DNA of 36,757 bases from a virus (Duplodnaviria; Caudoviricetes), in the IMG/VR virus record IMGVR_UViG_3300005567_000154, positions 1 to 36,757 of that record; one strand, given 5' to 3'. This document shows, one piece after another, positions 16,378 through 24,849 of the stretch (positions are counted from its first letter, which is position 1; every line of letters begins with the position of its first letter). The notes under the pieces were generated by a model, which had not been told where the DNA came from, ran no database searches, and worked only from the letters and a program-made list of their open reading frames with translations. Position numbers and translations under genes: made by a program.

Positions 16378-16413
16378 ACCCTTATTATACCATAAATTTA
16401 ATTTAACTACCAC
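16375..16413 (-). promoter_or_regulatory. Repeated promoter, minus-strand copy
   Basis: Reverse complement reads GTGGTA-N18-TATAAT-AAGGGT-ATG. Confidence 0.75.
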
Positions 16414-16429
16414 TGATTCATTAAAATAA

Positions 16430-16954
16430 ATGGCTGTTAAAAAGAAAAAAGCAAAGAAAAAACCAGTGGGCCGTCCACCTTTCGAGGCTACTGAAAAACA
16501 CCACGAATCAGCTTACAAAGGAGCTAAAAAAGGACTTAACGAACAAGAGATTTCCAAGGTAATGGGGATCGGATATTCCACTTTTAAGGAAAATAAGCAA
16601 CTATTTCTGGCCGATATTAAAAAAGGACGTGAAGCTTCACAAGATGAAAGATTAAAAACAGTCGAAAACTCATTACTAAAGAATTGCGAAGGATACTTTG
16701 TTGAAGAAACAGTAATGGAGCGTAGAGGCACTTTAGACCGAAACAACCAATTTACAGGTGATACCAATGCAGTACAAAGGAAAACTAAGAAATATATCAA
16801 ACCATCTGATATGGCCATATTCTTCTTTCTCGTTAATCGATCTAATGGTAAATGGGAGTCTATCAATAGAAGGGATTGGTCAACCGAAAACGATTCTGGA
16901 GAAATATTAAATGCTATAAGGAAAATGAAACAAGATGCTCAAAGTAGAAAGTGA
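16430..16954 (+). CDS. terS: Terminase small subunit (HTH type)
   Basis: GRPP, GLNEQEISKVMGIGYSTF HTH, VENSLLK...GY, PSDMAIFFFLVNR; upstream of TerL. Confidence 0.75.
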   Translation: MAVKKKKAKKKPVGRPPFEATEKHHESAYKGAKKGLNEQEISKVMGIGYSTFKENKQLFLADIKKGREASQDERLKTVENSLLKNCEGYFVEETVMERRGTLDRNNQFTGDTNAVQRKTKKYIKPSDMAIFFFLVNRSNGKWESINRRDWSTENDSGEILNAIRKMKQDAQSRK

Positions 16955-17201
16955 AACCTGGAAAAAAATTCAAGGATTTGAAAGATATGAGGTTTCTACC
17001 CATGGAGAAATAAGATCGCTATGGTTCAAAAATGGCAAAACAGAATCAAAAAGGGAAACACCAAAAAAATTAAGGTTAAGAGAATCACACAATGGGTATT
17101 TGAGAACTACCGTTTTTAATAATGGTAAGCCTAAATCTTTTAACGTTCATGTTGTCGTTTTAGAGGCTTTTGTTTCAAACAATGAAGAAAAACGCAATTA
17201 A
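16935..17201 (+). pseudogene. Truncated NUMOD4-HNH homing endonuclease
   Basis: WKKIQGFERYEVSTHGEIRS..GYL..VHVVVLEAFV, then a stop before the HxDG..N..NL core. Confidence 0.7.
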
Positions 17202-17210
17202 GGGGGAATA

Positions 17211-17282
17211 ATGGAAGAATACAAACTAATACTAGTTTTCGTGTTTGTGGTAGCTTTTGTTATTGCGGTGGTTTTGAAATGA
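17211..17282 (+). CDS. 23-aa hydrophobic peptide
   Basis: SD AAGGGGG; single transmembrane segment; ATGA overlap. Confidence 0.45.
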   Translation: MEEYKLILVFVFVVAFVIAVVLK

Positions 17283-17443
17283 AGTGCCCATTATGCAAAC
17301 AAGACAAGATCAAGGATGAATTCAAGCCCTTTAACGGAGATGAGAACCTACTTCAAGTAACAGGTGATTTGGTCTGCGGTGGTTGTGGGGTGAAGTTTAG
17401 CTCTGAAGTGATGAGAAAGATTAATATTCCAATACCTTTTTAG
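17279..17443 (+). CDS. Small zinc-ribbon protein (54 aa)
   Basis: MKCPLC...CGGCG; translated by hand. Confidence 0.55.
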   Translation: MKCPLCKQDKIKDEFKPFNGDENLLQVTGDLVCGGCGVKFSSEVMRKINIPIPF

Positions 17444-17451
17444 GGGGTAGT

Positions 17452-17604
17452 GTGCCGAGGATACCTAGATTACAACCAAGATATGATTTTATACCAATGA
17501 AAGGTGTTGACGGTGAGGTTAGTAGAGTTGCCGTAAAAAAAGAAAAAACCAGTATTTACCAATCACTAAAGAAACTATTCAACAAATATGTTTTATTGGA
17601 ATAA
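17452..17604 (+). CDS. Small hypothetical protein (50 aa, GTG start)
   Basis: SD AGGGGG; translated by hand. Confidence 0.4.
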   Translation: MPRIPRLQPRYDFIPMKGVDGEVSRVAVKKEKTSIYQSLKKLFNKYVLLE

Positions 17605-17626
17605 AATAGTCACACAACCCCTATAA

Positions 17627-18856
17627 ATGGAACTATCCCAAAAACAAGCCTACTATATGGAGAACGCCAATGCCAGGTGCAATATTGCTCATGGTTCGGT
17701 TCGGTCTGGTAAGACTGTAGGGTTAAACCTCAAGTTTATTGAGGAAATCGGGGAAACAGGAAAGGTCAAAGGCGCTCATCATATCATGATAGGGAGAACA
17801 GAAAGAACTTTGGCCGGTAATGTTCTGGACCCTATTCAAGATTATCTAGGTAAAAGAAACTTCAATTACTCAACTGGCACCCACATGGCTTATATGTTCG
17901 GGGTGCCTATACAACTTTATGGTGCTTCAGATATAAGGGCTGAAGGTAAAATTCGTGGCTTAACCGGCTGCAAGGCTTTAGGCGATGAAATGACCATATG
18001 GCCGAAAGGCTTCATGAATATGCTTATGACCAGGCTGTCAGTTGAGGACTCTAGGTTTCACGGAAGCACTAACCCAGATTCACCTTATCACGAAATTAAG
18101 ACTAATTATATCGATAAAGCAGGGGTTAATGATTTAAAAGAATTTCATTTCGCTTTAGAGGATAATCCATTCCTACCTAAAAAATATGTACAAAACCTAA
18201 AGAAAGAGTTCTCAGGGCTGTTTTATAAGCGGTTTATTATGGGTGAATGGGTGCTTGCTGAAGGGTCTATATTCGATTTCTTTGAAGAAAAAGAGCCATA
18301 CGTATTTAAAAAAGGGAAGTTACCAAAAGCCAAATGGTATACTGCCGGTATTGATTATGGTACTAGCAATGCCTTCGTTTGTGTTTTGGTGGGACATAAT
18401 CCAGACGCAACCCCTAGTTGTTGGGCTGAAAAAGAATACTATTACAGCGGTAGGGACAGCAATAAGCAAAAGACAGATCTCGAGTACTGTGAAGATTTGA
18501 AGGAATTTTTTGGTGAAATAAGGCCCAGAAAGATAATTGTCGATCCATCTGCAACTAGTTTTAAAGTACAGGCATCAAGGTCTGGTTTAATGGGGATTAC
18601 TGATGCCGATAATGATGTTTTAAATGGAATAGCCACCCATTCTAGGATGTTAAAAAACGGTGATTTTTCTGTTTCAGATGAATGTGGGAATTCTATAAGG
18701 GAATATATGTCATACGTTTGGGATGAAAAAGCCCAGGATAAAGGCGAGGATAAACCCAAAAAACAAAATGATCATGCAATGGATGCGATCAGGTATGCTT
18801 TACACACCCAATTTGGACAAGATTACCTAGATTATAGTAAACTGGTTACTTGGTAA
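17627..18856 (+). CDS. terL: Terminase large subunit (PBSX-like)
   Basis: HGSVRSGKT Walker A, ALGDE Walker B, STNPD, IDYG, VDPSA, DHAMDAIRY. Confidence 0.95.
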   Translation: MELSQKQAYYMENANARCNIAHGSVRSGKTVGLNLKFIEEIGETGKVKGAHHIMIGRTERTLAGNVLDPIQDYLGKRNFNYSTGTHMAYMFGVPIQLYGASDIRAEGKIRGLTGCKALGDEMTIWPKGFMNMLMTRLSVEDSRFHGSTNPDSPYHEIKTNYIDKAGVNDLKEFHFALEDNPFLPKKYVQNLKKEFSGLFYKRFIMGEWVLAEGSIFDFFEEKEPYVFKKGKLPKAKWYTAGIDYGTSNAFVCVLVGHNPDATPSCWAEKEYYYSGRDSNKQKTDLEYCEDLKEFFGEIRPRKIIVDPSATSFKVQASRSGLMGITDADNDVLNGIATHSRMLKNGDFSVSDECGNSIREYMSYVWDEKAQDKGEDKPKKQNDHAMDAIRYALHTQFGQDYLDYSKLVTW

Positions 18857-18898
18857 ATTAAAGTTAGGATATAACTTTAAATAAAGTATTTTATAGAT

Positions 18899-19375
18899 AT
18901 GGCTTATAAGTGCAAACACTTTAAGATTTACGAGCTAGTCGATCCCGTCACATATAAAAAATATGGTCAAATGTGTTGGAAGTTCTTTGACCCTCGTGTT
19001 TTAGAGGCTTTGGATATACTCAGGCTTATTTTTGGCTCAATTACAGTTAACGATTGGAAATGGGGCGGTAAATTCAAGTGGAGCGGTTTAAGGGTTTTTG
19101 GTTGTGGTTATGGCACTGAATACTCAGCCCACCAAAGAGGTTCCGCAATTGATGCTAAATCAAAGAAATATTCAGGTATTGCCATGAGGCGACTTTTGAA
19201 AAAGTATGATAGGAATCAATTAAACATTACACACGCAGAATGGAAGAAGCTTACAAAGCGATTTTTTGAATTGATAAACGAAATTGAACTAGGCACAAAA
19301 ACCTGGCTGCATATAGCGGTAACAAATAGAACCGGACTTAGATGGATTCCGTTACCCAAGAAAGGTAAAAAATGA
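18899..19375 (+). CDS. Peptidase M15-family protein, likely endolysin
   Basis: F...EL, SGLR, SAHQRGSAID, WLHI zinc-peptidase motifs. Confidence 0.8.
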   Translation: MAYKCKHFKIYELVDPVTYKKYGQMCWKFFDPRVLEALDILRLIFGSITVNDWKWGGKFKWSGLRVFGCGYGTEYSAHQRGSAIDAKSKKYSGIAMRRLLKKYDRNQLNITHAEWKKLTKRFFELINEIELGTKTWLHIAVTNRTGLRWIPLPKKGKK

Positions 19376-20796
19376 ATAAAGCTGTAAAGAAAAGCGTAAA
19401 GAAAAGCGTAAAGAAAAGCGTAAAGAAAAAAATCACTACTAGAAAAGATGTAGCAGAAGGGAAAATGGAAATAATCCATGAAGATGGGTGGAGCAACCTC
19501 CTAACCAAAATGGGTACTTCCAAAGATAACCAAACCTCGGATGTTTTCGGGGTAACAGTAGACCGAACGTTTGGCGAATTAGAGGAATTATACCGGGGTG
19601 ATGGTTTAGCAAAGAGAATTGTCGATTTACCTGCGGCGGAAATGACTCGCAATTGGTTTGATGTCACAGGTGATACTGAAGGTGATGTTGAAAAAGCATT
19701 AGTCGAATTAGATGCCAAATCTCTTGTAAACAAAGCTTTGAGATGGGGCGGGGTATATGGTGGGGCACTAGTTGTAATGCTTATTGATGATGGTGGTGAG
19801 CTTAAAGATGAGCTTGATTTAAACAAAATCAACAAAGTCGAAGAATTAAGGGTATACGATAGATTTAAAATTTGGGCAGACCCTACAGATATTCAGCAAG
19901 ACCCACAAAAGCCCGGTTTCGGTAAACCTTTCAGGTATCAAGTAAACCCAATTGAAAACACTTTTTCAGGCGCTCTTTTCACTGTTCATGTTTCCAGGGT
20001 ATTATCGTTTGATGGGGTTGATATTTCTGAAGTTTCCAGAAAAATAAACAAAGGTTGGGGTGATTCTGTTTATCAGGCGATCCATAAACAGCTTTCAAAT
20101 GTTGGTGGTGCTTATCATTCTACAAGGTCAATTTTAAATGATTTCATCCACCCAGTACTTTCTATTGATAATCTTCAAGAGTTAATCGCAGGTGGGCAAG
20201 AGAATTTAGTTAAGGCTAGGCTCGAAATTATGGATTTATCAAGATCTATTCTTAATACAACTTTGATCGACTCTAAAGAATCCTACGAGAAAAAAGCTTC
20301 CAGTGTTGGTGGTTTAGATGCTCTTATTGATCGGTTTACGGTTGCCTTATCAGCTGTTTCTGGTATCCCTCACACCCTTTTAATGGGCCAATCACCTGCA
20401 GGGTTGAACAGTACTGGCGAATCAGATATAAGATTCTGGTATGATAAGATTGCAGCATTACAGCAAGAGAAGATGCTCAAACAAATGACTTATCTAGTCA
20501 AAATAATAATGCTATCTAAACAGGGCCCTACTAATGGAAAAGAGCTAGATGATTGGTCAATTCAATTCAACCCTTTATGGCTACCAACAGAAAAAGAGCA
20601 GGCTGAATTAAGAAAGATCCAATCTGAAACTGATGTTAATTACATTAATACTGGTGTTTTAATCCCTGCAGAAGTTGCTGTTTCAAGGTTCGGCGGTGAT
20701 CAGTACAGCACCGAGACAATTTTAGAGCCAGGCGATAGAAAGGATTTAATCACTGATCCTGAAGATTTTGAGGATAAAGAAACCAGGAAAAAATAA
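19372..20796 (+). CDS. Portal protein (DUF1073-type)
   Basis: LYRGDGLAKRIVDLPA, IPHTLLMGQSPAGLNSTGESDIRFWYD, FNPLW. Confidence 0.9.
   Translation: MNKAVKKSVKKSVKKSVKKKITTRKDVAEGKMEIIHEDGWSNLLTKMGTSKDNQTSDVFGVTVDRTFGELEELYRGDGLAKRIVDLPAAEMTRNWFDVTGDTEGDVEKALVELDAKSLVNKALRWGGVYGGALVVMLIDDGGELKDELDLNKINKVEELRVYDRFKIWADPTDIQQDPQKPGFGKPFRYQVNPIENTFSGALFTVHVSRVLSFDGVDISEVSRKINKGWGDSVYQAIHKQLSNVGGAYHSTRSILNDFIHPVLSIDNLQELIAGGQENLVKARLEIMDLSRSILNTTLIDSKESYEKKASSVGGLDALIDRFTVALSAVSGIPHTLLMGQSPAGLNSTGESDIRFWYDKIAALQQEKMLKQMTYLVKIIMLSKQGPTNGKELDDWSIQFNPLWLPTEKEQAELRKIQSETDVNYINTGVLIPAEVAVSRFGGDQYSTETILEPGDRKDLITDPEDFEDKETRKK
19384..19429 (+). repeat. 12-bp tandem repeat GTAAAGAAAAGC, about 3.8 copies (VKKS)
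   Basis: Directly visible. Confidence 0.9.
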
Positions 20797-21200
20797 TGGA
20801 ATACAGAAAAGGCTATAAATATCAACTACACAAAGATGAGGTCATTGTATTAGGTGAGGCTTTCAGGACCGTTAAACCAATAAAATCCGATTTAATAGAA
20901 TTATTCGATAATGTTTTAGTAGTTAAAGAGCATTATGCTTGGGATGGTGCCAGTGGCCCCACCAAAGATACGGATGATACAATGACAGCTTCTTTATGCC
21001 ATGATGCCTTATACCAATTAATGAGGAAAAGGCTATTACCGCATTCTTTATGGAAACAGGCAGATAAGGAATTAATGAAACTTTTGAAAAAGAATGGAAT
21101 GCCACTTTTCAGGCGCACCTACTGGAATTTTTTCCTTTCCAAAGCCAGGGGTAAACACGCCTCGCCAAAGAATGTAAAAAAAATATACAGTGTAAAATGA
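20796..21200 (+). CDS. DUF1353-like protein
   Basis: WDGASGP...ASLCHDALYQ...AD. Confidence 0.7.
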   Translation: MEYRKGYKYQLHKDEVIVLGEAFRTVKPIKSDLIELFDNVLVVKEHYAWDGASGPTKDTDDTMTASLCHDALYQLMRKRLLPHSLWKQADKELMKLLKKNGMPLFRRTYWNFFLSKARGKHASPKNVKKIYSVK

Positions 21201-21508
21201 GTGAAGGAAATGACAGCACATTCAGTTTCAAGATTGATAAGAAATCAATTAAACTATTACTTGGGCTTGTGCTTTTACCAGGTGGGGGTTATTCAGTAAA
21301 AACTTTGATTTGGGAACCTTATAATGAAATTAATCAAGCCCGGATCAAATCAGATTCATTACGAACAGATAGGATTTTGGAAGAGCAACACCACTCCAGG
21401 AGTGAGCTACAGCAAATCAAACATGGTATTATAGTAATACAGCACCAATTATCAGGCATGGCTTTAGATAATGCGATTGAAGCTACCAATGAAGAGTTAA
21501 ATGAATAA
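21197..21508 (+). CDS. Membrane-anchored coiled-coil protein (possible lysis accessory)
   Basis: LLLGLVLLPGGGY hydrophobic segment followed by coiled coil. Confidence 0.5.
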   Translation: MSEGNDSTFSFKIDKKSIKLLLGLVLLPGGGYSVKTLIWEPYNEINQARIKSDSLRTDRILEEQHHSRSELQQIKHGIIVIQHQLSGMALDNAIEATNEELNE

Positions 21509-21707
21509 GAAAGTAGACCATGAATTATACAAGAAAGCATTAGATACAATACGAATGACCAAAATTCTCTTAGATGAGAAAAAAAAACTTATAGAGGTCT
21601 TAAATAATATTATTGATACAATGGAAAAAAAGTATGTTATTCAGGAAAAATATATCAAAGATCTTGAAAATCTTGTGGAGGTTCAGCTTGAAATGTTTAA
21701 ATTGTAA
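21501..21707 (+). CDS. Small coiled-coil protein
   Basis: ORF track; overlaps neighbours. Confidence 0.5.
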   Translation: MNKKVDHELYKKALDTIRMTKILLDEKKKLIEVLNNIIDTMEKKYVIQEKYIKDLENLVEVQLEMFKL

Positions 21708-21945
21708 TGATGAGGGGGCCACTACTTTTAGAGGTATAGCCACTTGCCCAGAATGTAAGTATAAATGGAAAATACCTAGAAATTTCCGTACTAATGAAAT
21801 GGAGGTTCCACGTGAAACAATTGTTAAGCCTACCGAACAAGAGCCAACTATTTCCAAAATGGAAACTGTTGAAATAAGCAAGAAAACAGGAAAAAAGAAA
21901 AGAGTCTATAAGAAACGCAAAAAGAAATCCACCACGAAAGAATGA
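21688..21945 (+). CDS. Zinc-ribbon protein with basic tail
   Basis: GGAGG SD with TTG 21688; CLNC...CPEC; KKKRVYKKRKKK. Confidence 0.6.
   Translation: MKCLNCNDEGATTFRGIATCPECKYKWKIPRNFRTNEMEVPRETIVKPTEQEPTISKMETVEISKKTGKKKRVYKKRKKKSTTKE
21804..21819. promoter_or_regulatory. parS-like site
   Basis: GGTTCCACGTGAAACA, 15/16 match to the chromosomal parS consensus TGTTNCACGTGAAACA. Confidence 0.6.
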
Positions 21946-22907
21946 TTGCAACTAGAAGAGACAGGGTTGATCTTGTAAATGAGATCGCAATGAGGCGTGA
22001 AAACCTCAACAAAAGGAAGGTTAAGAAAACGCCTACTGTTAAATGGCTTTTCCCAGTTCCAGTATCTAGGCAATACCAAAGAATCTTAGATCGCCATGTT
22101 GAGAATATGATCGCCTTAACAATCCAGATTGTGGTTAATAACCTTGAGAGTTTAACCGCTCAAAGAGACTTAGAATTCCCAGAACTACTTAAAACAGATG
22201 CTTTTGAGGAATCCGCAGACAGAGTTATCAATTCCCTTCAATTAGGAATTGCCTCACAGCCTCTAGGTAAAGTTTTAACCGCCGAAGAGATAGGCCAAGA
22301 AACTTCAGTCTGGAATGATGCCCAGTGGCAAAAAACAATGAAAAACGTGATGGGCGTTGCAATATTCCAACAAGAACCATGGTTGGGGCCTGTGTTAAAT
22401 GGCTTTACTAAAGAAAATGTGCAGCTTATAACGAAATTAGAGCAAGACTACCTTGCTGATGTTTCAGGTATTGTACAAAGGGGCCTTAGACAAGGCGATA
22501 GTCATAGAACTATAGCTACCCGATTATTAGGTGATGCAAGATTAGCTAGTGGGTTGAGATCTGGCATAGTTCAATTCGAGCAAAGAGGGAAAAAGTTCCC
22601 TATTAAAGGAAAAGATCTCGCATCCAAAACAAAGAACCGGGCCAAGCTAATAGCCAGGGATCAGGTAAGTAAATTAAACGGGCAACTCACGAAATTAAGA
22701 GAAACTAATCTAGGCATCCAAAAATACACTTGGAGAACTGCACAAGATGAGCGAGTAAGACCCACCCACAGGGCAAATAATGGAAAGGTTTTTAATTGGG
22801 ATGAATCACCGGCAAATACAGGGCACCCAGGGGATGATGTACAATGCAGGTGCCATGCTGAACCAATTTTTGACGATATAATAGAGGGGATTTTACAGAA
22901 TGGCTGA
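21942..22907 (+). CDS. Head morphogenesis protein (SPP1 gp7 / Mu gpF family)
   Basis: RAKLIARDQVSKLNG, YTWRTAQDERVRPTH, HPGDDVQCRC. Confidence 0.9.
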   Translation: MIATRRDRVDLVNEIAMRRENLNKRKVKKTPTVKWLFPVPVSRQYQRILDRHVENMIALTIQIVVNNLESLTAQRDLEFPELLKTDAFEESADRVINSLQLGIASQPLGKVLTAEEIGQETSVWNDAQWQKTMKNVMGVAIFQQEPWLGPVLNGFTKENVQLITKLEQDYLADVSGIVQRGLRQGDSHRTIATRLLGDARLASGLRSGIVQFEQRGKKFPIKGKDLASKTKNRAKLIARDQVSKLNGQLTKLRETNLGIQKYTWRTAQDERVRPTHRANNGKVFNWDESPANTGHPGDDVQCRCHAEPIFDDIIEGILQNG

Positions 22908-23073
22908 TTCTAGTAAATTACAAGAAAGCTTGGCGAATATTGCTAGAGAAATTCGATCTGAGTCAGACAAGAGTTTCACAGGTAGAATTGACGTTGGGAT
23001 TAAGATGAATCAAGGCGGGATAGACCATATTTCAATGAAAGTTGAAAAAAATATCAATTTAAGAAAAAAATAA
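22900..23073 (+). CDS. Small protein (57 aa, FTGRIDVGIKMNQGGI)
   Basis: SD GAGGGG; translated by hand; resembles DUF2292-like small proteins. Confidence 0.55.
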   Translation: MADSSKLQESLANIAREIRSESDKSFTGRIDVGIKMNQGGIDHISMKVEKNINLRKK

Positions 23074-23148
23074 TTAGGATTAAGCCCTAAAATATCGTAT
23101 TATAGAAATAGTCTTTTGGAATAATTTCCTTTTAATAAAGTGAATATT

Positions 23149-23189
23149 AATCCCGGCGAAGTGTTAAAGCTTTTCCGGGATTTTTTTTT
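23149..23189 (+). terminator. Intrinsic terminator
   Basis: AATCCCGG...CCGGGATT stem followed by T9. Confidence 0.85.
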
Positions 23190-23197
23190 GGTCAAAA

Positions 23198-23350
23198 ATG
23201 ATTAAGCAAGCAAAAGTAATCCTCTACCCTATTTTTGTAGGGTTTGGAAAAAAAGTCATATCTGCACTATTTTTGACAGATACAGAGGCACCTGCTAATT
23301 TTCTAGTAGACACAGAATTACCTCCAAATAGGCTCGTTTGTAAATTCTAA
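23198..23350 (+). CDS. Small hypothetical protein (50 aa)
   Basis: Translated by hand; TAATG overlap with 23350; weak SD. Confidence 0.4.
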   Translation: MIKQAKVILYPIFVGFGKKVISALFLTDTEAPANFLVDTELPPNRLVCKF

Positions 23351-24849
23351 TGGCAGTACACGGACCAAGCATAAATGTAGATCCAGATGCGATCCATGAT
23401 AATGTCGCTGATGAAATAGGTGTCATTGCTGAGAAAGTAACGCCAATTGCTGCTGATGAAATCATCATAGAAGATAGTGCGGATTCAAACAATAAGAAGA
23501 AAGTACAAGCAGGGAATTTACCAGTTGCTTCTCATACTCACACAGAAAGTGAAATATCTGATTTAGACCACACTGATGCCGATGCAATCCATGATAATGT
23601 TTCGGGTGAGATAAATGCAGTAAGTGAAAAAACAACCCCTATTGGCGCTGATTTAATATTGATTGAAGATTCAGCCGATAGTAATAGTAAGAAGAGAATA
23701 CAGATTTCTAACCTTCCAGGTGGTGGTGATGCAGATGCAATCCACGACAATGTTGCAGGTGAAATCACAGCCATTACAAGCAAGGGTACACCAGTAAATG
23801 CTGATACAATTGTTATCGAAGATTCTACTGCTGCTGATGCCAAAAAAAGTGTAACAATCGGAAATTTACCTTTTGCTGCTCCAAGCCATACTCACACCGA
23901 ATCAGAAATTAGTGATTTAGATCATACTGATGCTGATGCCTTACATGATAATGTGGCAGGTGAGATCTCATTAATAACTAATAAAACCACACCCATTGGT
24001 GCTGATTTACTGGTTATCGAAGATTCAGCAGCCACTAATGCGAAAAAGAATGTTTTAATTGGTTCTTTACCTTTTACAGCCCCAGGCCATACACATACTG
24101 AATCTGATATAACAGATCTAGTACATCCTTTTATGGAAGGATGGGTCAAAGGTTTAGAGATGACTTTTGCAAGTGTATCTACGGTATCAATTGAAGCGGG
24201 TAAATGTAGAGATAGCGCGAATGGGTTTAATATTATTAATACAGCCACGAGAACAGCCGATATTACTACTTCTGGCCTAAATGGGTTAGACACTGGGACA
24301 GAAGCGGTCAGCACTTGGTACGCATTATTTATAATTGATGATTCTACAGGTTCCAATACAGAAGGGGCTTTATTGTCTCTTTCTAGTACCGCGCCCACGC
24401 TTCCAGGTGGATACGATGTATTTAAAAGGGTTGGATGGGTTCGGAACAATGCTTCTGGTGATTTTATAAAATTCATCCAAACAAGAACGAATGATTTTAG
24501 AAAAGTTTTCTATGATGAGGAAATTACTAATTTAACAGTTTTATCACTTGGTTCAGCTACCATTTACACGGGGGTAAGTTTAGCTGCATTCGTTCCACCT
24601 ACATCATTGGAACCTATTTTGGCCCTTGTTATAGCCCCAGATGATAGGGGTGATTTCCTAGAAATTAGGCCGACAGGCTCCACAATGGACAATGCCACTT
24701 ATAAATTCAATGGTATTGATGACAAGAATAAATCTGGGTACGGTATTCAGGAAACTATTTGTAGTAATCTTCAAAACATTGAATATAGAGTAACACAAGC
24801 ATCTGATGATGCTAGTATCGGAGTAGTGGGTTATTATGACCAACTTTGA
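23350..24849 (+). CDS. Repeat-containing fibre protein located in the head module
   Basis: Four DAIHDNVxGEI..KxTP..AD..IEDS..KK repeats, three HTHTES(E/D)I(S/T)DL motifs, fibre-like C-terminal domain (WYALF..LS.S.TAPTLPGGY..KRVGW). Confidence 0.7.
   Translation: MAVHGPSINVDPDAIHDNVADEIGVIAEKVTPIAADEIIIEDSADSNNKKKVQAGNLPVASHTHTESEISDLDHTDADAIHDNVSGEINAVSEKTTPIGADLILIEDSADSNSKKRIQISNLPGGGDADAIHDNVAGEITAITSKGTPVNADTIVIEDSTAADAKKSVTIGNLPFAAPSHTHTESEISDLDHTDADALHDNVAGEISLITNKTTPIGADLLVIEDSAATNAKKNVLIGSLPFTAPGHTHTESDITDLVHPFMEGWVKGLEMTFASVSTVSIEAGKCRDSANGFNIINTATRTADITTSGLNGLDTGTEAVSTWYALFIIDDSTGSNTEGALLSLSSTAPTLPGGYDVFKRVGWVRNNASGDFIKFIQTRTNDFRKVFYDEEITNLTVLSLGSATIYTGVSLAAFVPPTSLEPILALVIAPDDRGDFLEIRPTGSTMDNATYKFNGIDDKNKSGYGIQETICSNLQNIEYRVTQASDDASIGVVGYYDQL

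Noticed and set aside
19372-20796. Anti-CBASS (Acb1) reading of the DUF1073 protein
   Set aside because: Position and motifs fit a portal; no HxT/HxS 2H-phosphoesterase motif pair recognised
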